Source: Marsupella aquatica
Lineage: Eukaryota > Plantae > Marchantiophyta
DNA length: 64,000 nt
Reading direction: 5' to 3'
Assembly (NCBI GenBank): GCA_973895155.1
Contig: OZ316894.1
Coordinates: 22,663,867 to 22,727,866 of the forward strand
This document shows positions 54,711-64,000 of the stretch, one piece after another. Position 1 is the first letter of the stretch. The number at the start of each line of letters is the position of its first letter. The notes under the pieces are model-generated. The model was given only the letters and a program-made list of their open reading frames with translations, had not been told where the DNA came from and did no database searches. The position numbers and the translations under genes were made by a program.

Positions 54711-54970
54711 CACATTCGAAATCTGTTGTACGGACTGTGCGGACAGAAGTTCGATTGATTGAGTTGTCGACGGTTCGTGGTAGCTCGGATCGTGTGTTGT
54801 TATCGAACAGATCGTTGGTATCTTGACCTGTATCGTTGTTGTCCGATCGGCCTGCTTCCCGATCGATGTACAGATCTGTGATTGGTGATAGGTTTTGAGT
54901 TGGAGGTCGATTGATGATTCGTGGAGGAAAGCGAATGTTGAGTAGATGTTGGACAGTGGAAGTCGATCCG

Positions 54971-55060
54971 TGAGGCTTCAGATCCGATTGCCGGCTACTG
55001 TGAGGCTTCAGATCTGATTATCGGCTACTATGGGGCTTCAGATCTGATTGCCGGCTATTG
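54971..55060. repeat. 30-bp tandem repeat x3 in the gypsy leader
   Basis: TGAGGCTTCAGATCCGATTGCCGGCTACTG-like units at 54971, 55001 and 55031. Confidence 0.85.
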
Positions 55061-55287
55061 TTGGACGATGTTGGCAAGGCGCAGGTGAAGCGACGGCTCT
55101 TTTCCTGAAGGAACGGAGCTGCCAATGCCCCGTGCGACGGTATCATCATTTCAGTGAAAGAAACGAGGGTCAAAGGTGTTGAATCAAGCTGCTGCCAGTT
55201 CTGTGGAAGGGCTGCGTTTTTCATGAAGGAAATCGACAGTTTTCGGGAGCTTTTCGTGAAGGAAGTAGTCATTTTTGGGGTCAGGTG

Positions 55288-55512
55288 CACGAGGTCACCC
55301 ATCCCGAAAGTGCTCGCGCGAGGCGACGCGTGAGGTCACCCATCCCGAAAGTGCTCCCAACCGCGAGCGCGAAGTCACCCATCGCGAGCGCAGGCAGGCG
55401 CGAGGTCGAGGTCACCCATCCCGGGGCTATTCCGGGCCGTGAGCGCGAGGGGAGGCACAAGGTCGAGCGCGAGGAGGTCACCCATCCCGGGGCTATTCCC
55501 AGCCGCGAGCGC
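55288..55512. repeat. CpG-rich repeat cluster (GAGGTCACCCATCCCG x5) in the gypsy leader
   Basis: The motif recurs at about 55291, 55332, 55371, 55408 and 55474. Confidence 0.8.
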
Positions 55513-58500
55513 TTAACTGGAAAGTTCTCATCCCACCTTGTGTACACACAAGCTTTGACAACTTGTTGTTTAGATTCAAGTGCCAGGGGGCTTTATACAC
55601 TTCCCAATTTATTTAGAGGCCTATTCTAGGCCAAATCAGATGCTGTTTTAGGGTTTTTGATACTTCTGAGTCCATCTAGACTCACAGATTGAACCAATTT
55701 TGCCTTGGTTCTCATCTACAACATTGGAGTGCCATTGTGAAGCCTATTATGAAGGCTCTTCCTTGAACCTTATGCACATTGTCATATTGATTTGCATTTG
55801 CTTTTGTGTGGAGAGTTGAATGGTATCCATTCTTGTTTCTGGATCCTCTTCACACATGTTTCCTGTTTATGCGCCATGTTAGTTTCATGTGGGCGCTTGA
55901 TTCCATAGGAGTGATCCGGGTTTGCAACTAGACATTCTAGTGTGCTGTGTATTTCTCTCTTGGTGATGTTGGAGTGATGCCCAACACACCATGGTGAGTG
56001 CTTGTGGTGCTGACAGGGATAGATTGCCCTTAGGGTTAGCACATAGATTAGGTTAGGGTTGGTCACCATGGATTCTTCTGGTGCTGCTGGATTACCCGAT
56101 GGACGACGGACCGGTTTCACTCGGAGTGGGGCACAGTTTCGGCCAGCGGCATTGGTAGCAGTTAGCAGTGCAGCTTCAGACAGTGATTCTGATGAGGACT
56201 CAATGACCAGTTCTCCTCATCATCAGGTGGTTGCACCTTTGTTGTGGGATATGGACGAGATGTACGGGGCTACAAAGGGCCCACAATGATACTCTGGTGC
56301 AGTTGGCACAATTGATCTGGATGACTTCATCCAGGAGTTTGATACGTGGTGCGATATGCAGACATTGCGTAACGTCACGTTGTTTACCCCTTTCATGGCA
56401 TGGAAGGGATTATTCCAGCATTTGGAGGGGCCACCCATGGATGACTACCATGAGTTTCGGAAGGCTCATTTGGTTGAGATTGAGGCATGGAGGCAACATT
56501 GGTCGCCTAATTATGTGTCCATCACCTATGGCACTAGTGCGGCTGCCCAACCCATTGCCACAGCTGCTGCTTCTTCTAGCAGCACTAGCCAAAGTGGCAC
56601 ACCATCCACCAGCAGCACTCCAGCAGCATCCACCACTACTCTTACCGGTGTGATTGTGACAGGAACTGGAGTTGCGCCAGCATTTAATCCTGTGGTGGAA
56701 TTCTTTGAGGTACTGAAGCAGAACTATCAGGGTGTGAGAACTGATAAGTTGAAGGGTCTTCAAGAGTTCCAACGCAAGACTGGAGAGAGCCTACGTGAGG
56801 CATACACACGTATGCGCAGATTGATCACTGTCACCAAGGGAGTGACAGAGGCTCAGGCAGTCCAGTTTTGGTATGCAATTCTGGACAGAGAATTGCGACG
56901 CAGAGTGAGAGATGTCACTCTGCTTAGGGATGCAGATCCCACATTAGCAATTGTTTTCACCCTTTCTGAGCGCATTGAGCTCAATATGGTGAATGAGAAG
57001 GTGGTGACTTCCGGATTTGCCAAGGAAGCACCAAAGGCTGCATCTACATCCACACCACAGCCTACTGCACGGAAGAGCCAGAGGGAGAAGCCTACTGCAC
57101 GAGAGTCTACCAGCCAGAGACCTGTGCCCTCATATGCTGGACAGCAGTCAGGATGTTGGACCTGTGGTGGGGATCATGCACAGAGATATTGTCCAGATCA
57201 TAGAGGATCAGGGGGAGTATCAGCGCCTGATCAGCGACAGTGTGATCATTGTGGAGCTCCTGGACACACCAAGGATAGGTGTTTTTCACTCCACCCTGAG
57301 TTACGGAGAGGAGGATCCCGTACACATGATCAGGGAAGAGGAGGTAGAGGTGGTGGACGTGGTCGTGGCATGCCACATGCAGGGAGACAGGGAGGTGACG
57401 CTGCCCCTGCTATAACCATAGATCCAAAAGATGCTAAGATTGCTCAATTGGAGCAACAACTAGCTGCCATGGCTAGTTCCCAGGTGAGACCTAATTCTGG
57501 TGATGGGGCATCTACATCCTATGGACCTTCCACATCCCATGGTCCTTCCACATCTTATGGAGCTGATGGAGACCTTGCCACCATGGGATTCATGTGTGGC
57601 ACTGCACATATTGATGCATCAGCAACTTTGACACGTGGGGCAGCCAAAGCTCTTGAGCCCCGAGGAGCAGTAGTGGAGTTAGATCCACAAAGGGGGGATG
57701 CACGTCGGCAGACAAAGCTTCCTCAGTCTTTTACATTGTCAAAGACAGTTCAGACTGCCTCTATGAACCCGGTTCGGACAAACCCTGATGTGGGTAAGTT
57801 GGCAGAATCAGGTAGTGATGCAGCAGGGATGACATGTACCTTGCTGGGGGCGGCTACTGCCATAGTACGCACCCCATTATTTTCAGCGATAGACATGCTG
57901 AACTTGGGAGTTGGTCCTGCAGAAGTGTTCAGATTGGCAGCTACACTCTGTGAGGACACTCCAGTGGTTGCTTCCCATGCAGAAGCAACTTGTAGTGTTG
58001 ATGCAGTGAAGACCATGCCACCTACTGTTACTAGTGAGACATGGCATGCAGCAGCAGCGAGGTTGGTGGATTTACCAGCACGCCCTGCATTTGAGAGGAC
58101 TAGGTTTAAACCTAGTGTTGTGTCATTGGATAATCGGAGTGGTATCTTCCGATTAGTTGGGCCTTCTGGAGCAGTATACTAGCCAGAGAGAGTGTTACTG
58201 GATACTGGTGCTCAGCCCTTGATGTTGGGGAAGTCTGCCATACGTGGATTGGGATTGCATCCAGAGGATTTGGAGGATTGTCCCTTTCCCATTCAGACTT
58301 CATTGGGGGGACCTACACCTACACAGCATATCACCAGGAGACCACTTGATTTGAGGATTCAGGAAGGTCATACCACAGATAGCTCACAGATACAGGCGCG
58401 AGCTATTCTGACTAAGGCAGAGTCATATGATGTGTTGGTGAGATGTACAGTGCTCTACCCCATGGGATTTATTCTTGATTTTTGGGAGGAATCAGTGTCA

Positions 58501-58908
58501 TATAGACCTGATTGGCAGTCAGGAGATGCTCGATTGAGAAAATTGCCAGTGAGATTTAGTGGACCTGCGGGAGGCCCTAAATCCACACCATTGTCTTTGG
58601 CAGCATTCAGTGGTGTAATTGCTAGACTTGATGATTTGATTGAGGGTAATGCGCATGCAGCCGATGTTCCACCATTGGAGGAGTCTCATGAGGAGCACAT
58701 CATGCGAGGATTACCTGTTGGCAGTGTTGTGCCACCAGTGTGGGGCATTGCACAGGCCTTGCCACAGGCAGCAGCACGATTGGTACATGATGCATGGCGT
58801 CATGCTTTTACACCACAGTCAGGAGCAGAGCAGTCTCTTGCAGATGGACCTGTGACTCTTTCACCATTGGATACCACTCCTATTGCTTGGCAGTATCCAC
58901 CGGAGGGT

Positions 58909-59866
58909 ATTTGTTTGTTGGATCTTTTTGGTGGGATTAGCACTGGATTGGCTGCTGTTCTTCAGGCAGGAAATTATGTGCGTCGTTATTTGTATGTGGA
59001 GACAGATGAGACAACACGGAGGGTCTCATTGCAACATGTGGCTATGTTGGTGGATAGATATCCACAGTTGCTGCCAGTGGATGCTGTTCATGGTTATCAG
59101 CATGCACTACCTGCTGATATTTCATTGCTGGGGGCGGATCATCTGCATCGTGTTGGCCCCATTGATTTGGTGATTGCTGGTTGGCCATGTCAGGGCCAAT
59201 CTAGAGCTGGCGTTGGGCATGGACTTCATGATCCACGCTCTGCATTGTTTTGGGAGATGTTACGGGTTTAGGGTTTAGGGTTTAGGGTTTAGGGTCCAGC
59301 TACATCAGACATAGTCTCCAGCATACATTTTGGAGAATGTGCCATTGTTAGGTGATGATCGTAGTCGGATTGTTGCTAGTGTTCACCAAGTGAGGTCTTG
59401 GATTGGACCTGCTGTGTTATTGGATGCTGCACGTGTGGGTTCTCGTGCACATCGTCCACGCTTGTGGTGGACTAATTTGATCCCATGTGAGGTGCTGAAG
59501 CGCGCATTTGACAGCATTCCACGCTCACCAGCCTTAGTGGTGGATGATATTTTGGATCCAGGGCGTCGTGCACTGGGTGTGACCCAACCTGATAGACCTC
59601 CATTGGCAATGGTCAATGCAGTTGGGTGCCCACGTTGTGCATTACCCACTCTTGTAAGCCACTCTGCTTCATATGCATTCAGAGCAGGTGGCCCTGGACT
59701 TGTATGGGACACAGCTCTCCAGCAGTTAGTGGAGCCTACTGCTGATGAGAGAGAGCGTGCTATGGGATTTTTGACTGGCACCACTGCAGTTGCCTCTATG
59801 TCAGAGGGTTTGCGGCGCCAGGTTCTTGGTCAAGCAATGGATTTGAATTGTTTGACTTGGATTATC
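58909..59866 (+). other. DNA (cytosine-5)-methyltransferase domain embedded in the gypsy polyprotein
   Basis: C5-MTase motifs in canonical order: I LDLFGGISTG, II YVETD, III ADIS, IV AGWPCQG (catalytic PC), VI ENV, VIII AHRPRLWW, IX ERERAMGF, X RQVLGQAM. Confidence 0.9.
59264..59295 (+). repeat. Interstitial telomeric repeat (GGGTTTA)4.5
   Basis: Four perfect Arabidopsis-type units plus GGGT inside the MTase coding region. Confidence 0.95.
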
Positions 59867-62800
59867 AGCTTGGGAGTAGCTGGACAGTTGCGGATGCGCT
59901 CTGCCGGAATTACTGATTGTCCCTTGGTGAGCTTGCGGTCCACTGAGACAGTATTGACCACAGCTGGGGGCGAGCAGACAATCCATGGACCTATGACAGG
60001 ATTGGCGGCTGGACAGATTGTTGAGCAGGAAGGGACTGCTCAATCTACTGCTAAATAGCAATCATCGGCTATCTCTTCTACCCTACAAAGAGATATTAGG
60101 GATTTGGTGGAGAGTTGGGAACCACAGCTTGGCCCTAAGTTAACAGGGGAGGAGAGACGTCGCATGCATCGATTCGTGAAGAGTTATTGGAATTGTTTTG
60201 CATTCAGCATGAAGGATTTGGGGACATTGAAGGGCCCTGGTATTCAGATTGAATTGGCTAGTGATGCGCCAATCTTTCGTAGGCCATACCGTTATAGTGA
60301 CATGGAGAGAGCTCTGATTCAAAGCAGAACTCAAGATTTGTTGGAGGCTGGATTGGTGGAGATTTCATATGGGGAGTATGCATCTGCCACAGTGATGCCA
60401 GCCAAGAAGGATGTGCATGGCAATTATACAGATAGGCGCATGTGTGGTGATTACAGACCTATTAATCGCCAGACAAAATCTGATCGATATGCCATGCCCA
60501 CACCTGAGGAGATCTTTGATGTTGTGGGGCATGCAAAGGTTTTCAGTTCATTGGATCTGAGGGCAGGATACCATCAGCTTCCAATTAGGCATGCTGACAG
60601 GTCCAAGACAGCATTCTGGGGGATTGATTCTTATGGCAAAGATCGTTTGTATCAATGGTTATTCTTACCATTTGGGTTGAAGAATGCACCAGCTGAGTTC
60701 CAGAGAGTCATGGATCGAATCCTTGCAGGTTTGGATTTTGTCAGATGTTATATTGATGATATTTTGGTCTATTCTTCTATTGTGGAAGAACATCAGCAGC
60801 ACTTGCAGACTGTGTTGGAGAGATTGAGAGCACATGGGTTGAAGCTCCATCCTAGCAAGTGTAAGTTCTTCCAAGACCAGATTGAGTATTTGGGCCACAC
60901 CATATACCCAGGGGGATTGGGTGTACAGCAGACTAAAGTGGAGGCCATTACACAGATTCCTTGTCCTACTGATGTGAGTAGAGTTCGTGCATTCTTGGGA
61001 TTGGCGAGCTACTACAGGAGGTATGTTAAAGGATTTAGCCAACTTGCTAAACCTTTGACCATACTCACTAAGTTGGATCAGGAATGGATTTGGGGTAATG
61101 ACCAGGAGCATGCCTTTAAGGAGTTGAAGCAAAGGTTGGCATCATCCCCTATTTTGAGAAGACCCATTTCAGGCAGACCATTTCAGCTACACACTGATTG
61201 GAGTGGAGTAGGACTTGGAGCAGTGCTGACTCAGAAGGATGATGAGGGGAATGAGTTTGTTGTGGCTTATGCCAGTAGATCAAACAATTCAGCAGAGGCT
61301 AAGTATAGCTCTTATGAGGGAGAGTGTTTGGCAGTAGTGTGGGCTGTTGCACACTTTCGTTGCTACTTGTTTGGTAACCCCTTCACCTTGATCACTGATC
61401 ATCAGCCTCTTAAGTGGTTAATGGAGTCTGACAAGCTTACAGGGAAGCTTGCACGATGGGCATTGTTGTTACAGGAGTATGATTTCCAGGTGGTGCATAG
61501 GCCTGGAAAAGTGAACTTGGATGCAGATGGATTAAGCCGCAATCCATGTACCAGTCAGCAGGATGAGATTGGAGCCAGATGGCATGATGAGTCAGATAGG
61601 GAGATGGTGCCAAGATGGCATGCATCTGCCTTTCTTTGTTGGGTGTCAGCATACAGTGGATCTGTGGACTCTACCTCATTGGATGGAGTGGATGATGAGT
61701 CTTCAGATGTGGATGTTGGTGAAGTAACTTCTGGACAACAAGATATTCACAATGATGTGAGAGTGTTGGAATATTTGCGCAATAGTTCTATTGTTGGCAG
61801 TGTTGATGCCAAGGAACGTGACAGGGTTCTACAGAGAGCCAAGAGGTTTTGATGGGAGGGAAACCATCTTTTGAGAGTACTGCATGATGGTAGGATGTTG
61901 GTGGTACCAAAACCATCACAACGAGTACATTTGGTGCGACATGCGCACGAGGAGTTGGGTCACTTTGGTGTGAAGCGCACTTACAACTTGCTGCAGACAC
62001 AGTATTGGTGGCGTGGTATGCACACTCATGTCCAGCAGTTGATAGCTAAGTGTGTGGTATGTGACAGAGTGAGAGAATTATTTAATGCTCCCACTCCCCA
62101 GTTGCACCCGTTACCGATCATGGGTTTGGGATATCGTTGGAGTTTGGATTTTGCTGGTCCATTACCTCTTACCCAACGTCATAATCGGTATGTTTTGGTC
62201 ATGGTGGAGCACTTCTCTAAGTGGATTGAGCTAGTGGCGTTGCCAGATAAAGCCAGTGGAGGAGTTGCTGCTACATTTTTGGATCGTGTACTCAGTCATT
62301 TTGGAGCACCAGCTGAGGTGTTGACTGATCAAGGAACTGAGTTCCGTGGAGAGTTTGAGAGTTTGTGTGAACAAGCTCTGATTGATCATCGCACTACCTC
62401 TCGTGATCATCCTGAGGCAGATGGATTAGCTAAGAGAGTTATGCAAACTGTGAAGAGAGGATTGCGTAAGTATGGCTTGCAGGTTGGTCATCTAGGAGAT
62501 TGGGATCTCCAGCTACCTTGGTTAGCTATGGGCTACTGTTTCAGTCGGCAAGCATCACTTGCATCCTTCTCACCCTACTTTTTGCTCTATGGTAGAGAGC
62601 CAGATTTGCCAGCAGCTATTCGTCGTCATGCTGCACCAGTTGTGAACTTGGATGATCCTGATGTTTGGGTCAAGGTGTGTTCAGAGAGAGCACGGGTATT
62701 TCAGAGAGTGATGCCCATGGCTTTTGACAACCTTGCCATTGCCCAACATCGTGATACTTTGAGGTATGCCACTATTCGTGGAGGAGGTTACCGTGCAAGC

Positions 62801-63043
62801 ATTCGACGATTTCATCCTGGTGATTATGTTTATTTGCAGCAGACAGCACCCACGACACTTGATGTGACCGCAGGCCGAACAATCTTACGTGTGCATGAAG
62901 TGTTGCCTTCTGGTGTCCTGATGTTGGAGGGACGCGATGGTATGGTTTGGAAGGATCATGTGCGTAACTGTGCACCATGTCACCTTCCCAACATTGATGG
63001 TACAGTAGATCCAAGCTTGGCACATGTTTGTGCTGGCTTGAAA

Positions 63044-63181
63044 TGTATGTTGTATGGATCTGCTCAGGGAGCAGCTACTATGTTGATTTGTGATAAGTGT
63101 TCTAGAGGATGGCACATGTCATGTTTGACACCACCATTGCAGGTGATTCCTAGTGGATCATGGTTGTGTCCTCAGTGTCGG
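63044..63181 (+). other. PHD finger at the integrase C-terminus
   Basis: C-ML-(Y)...LICDKCSRGWHMSCLTPPLQVIPSGSWLCPQC is a C4HC3 pattern whose second Cys has become Tyr (TAT). Confidence 0.85.
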
Positions 63182-63348
63182 TGAAGCCGACTAGTTATCA
63201 TTTGTGTTCTCTTGGCAGATATGGATTGCAGGTAGGTGATCGATGGGGCTCACTTGCACCCGGCCTCCTGATCTTCACACCTAAAAAGGTGTATATCAAC
63301 CTTGTAGAACTCATGGCTAGCTAGAGTTAGGGGACCTTACTCCCAGCT

Positions 63349-63358
63349 AGGGGGGCGA
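63349..63358 (+). promoter_or_regulatory. Polypurine tract AGGGGGGCGA
   Basis: G-run immediately upstream of repeat A copy 1. Confidence 0.7.
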
Positions 63359-63495
63359 TTGTGGGTTTTGGACATGTGTGAACATGAGTTCCACTTGTAT
63401 TCCATTCTCTTGTATTTGTGATGTGGCAGTGTGACTATGTCTGGATGTATGTGACAAGCGATGTATGTTGTGTAGCGATATGTATGCGCACGACA
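63359..63495 (+). repeat. Terminal repeat A, copy 1 (137 bp); copy 2 at 63827-63963
   Basis: Same length; I found two mismatches. Copy 1 joins B copy 2 through GC, forming the palindrome GACAGCTGTC. Confidence 0.95.
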
Positions 63496-64000
63496 GCTGT
63501 CACACCATTCTGAGTAGTGTAGTAGTATATCGTGCTATTAGAGTATGTAGTTTGGTATGAGTGCTATTGGAGCCGATAAGGTTCTGTCAGGTTTGTGTGA
63601 GAGGGTACTTCTCACTTGTGAGGCATTGAAAGGTCATCTTTCAATGTTGAGCCTTGGAGAGAGAGGAGCTTGAGTGTGGCTATGGTGGCTGTGAGCTCCG
63701 CTTGTATAACGTGGATTCCTTGAGTAGTGCAAGGTGCGTTGGCTTGACATACGTGTGTGATCGGATCGGTGCGGGATCGATGGGGTATTGTTGACCGAGA
63801 TCGTTGTGCCGATTGTATGGAGATTATTGTGGGTTTTGGACATGTGTGGACATGAGTTCCACTTGTATTCCATTCTCTTGTATTTGTGATGTGGCAGTGT
63901 GACTATGTCTGGATGTATGTGACAAGCGATGTATGTTGTGTAGCGATATGTATGCACACGACACAATGACACCCCTGTGTCAGCCGTACGGAATACTCTC

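Larger units (their letters stand above)
56068..63184 (+). pseudogene. Gypsy single polyprotein: Gag (two CCHC knuckles) - aspartic protease - C5 DNA methyltransferase - RT - RNase H - integrase - PHD; five in-frame stops and one frameshift
   Basis: Knuckles CWTCGGDHAQRYC and CDHCGAPGHTKDRC; protease LLDTGA; RT RMCGDYRPIN...LPFGLKNAP...YIDD; RNase H TDWS...DADGLSR; integrase HEELGH...CVVC, SLDF...TDQG...; terminal PHD. The fragments share one frame up to 59271 and a second frame afterwards. Stops at 56287, 58180, 59312, 60056 and 61850. Confidence 0.9.
54371..63963 (+). mobile_element. Full-length Ty3/gypsy retrotransposon carrying a DNA cytosine methyltransferase and a PHD finger, with split (permuted) terminal repeats
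   Basis: Ends TGTC...GACA. TSD CAAT at 54367-54370 and 63964-63967. Gypsy domain order PR-RT-RH-INT. Repeat B at 54371-54699 and 63498-63826; repeat A at 63359-63495 and 63827-63963. Confidence 0.92.

Noticed and set aside
54371-63963. Classification as a DIRS/Ngaro tyrosine-recombinase element because of the split repeats
   Set aside because: It encodes an aspartic protease and an HHCC/DDE integrase, has no tyrosine recombinase, and has a TSD.

Overview
Eukaryotic nuclear DNA from a land plant. The intron-rich genes and TE lineages suggest a non-seed plant, but that is inference. Host genes: a 10-exon CIP7-like gene (5734-15336), a 4-exon DUF936/CORD-like gene (27087-30860), a frameshifted F-box/kelch pseudogene (minus strand), a candidate 96-aa five-exon orphan gene missing from the ORF track, and a 9-exon ALKBH8 gene that fuses RRM-AlkB-Zn finger to a Trm9 methyltransferase, as in animals. 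Intergenic DNA holds a MITE, a foldback element with a nested tRNA-SINE, and several tandem arrays. From 49.5 kb a degenerate Bianca-like Ty1/copia element is interrupted by the main discovery, a complete 9.6-kb Ty3/gypsy element (54371-63963, 4-bp TSD CAAT). Its single polyprotein reads Gag-protease-DNA cytosine-5 methyltransferase-RT-RNaseH-integrase-PHD finger. It has no normal LTR pair. Instead it has split direct repeats B-[internal]-A-gc-B-A, its TGTC...GACA ends derive from an internal palindrome GACAGCTGTC, and it has a Tf1-style self-priming site. This fits integration of a 2-LTR circle opened inside the LTR. A short telomeric (TTTAGGG)n tract disrupts the methyltransferase domain.
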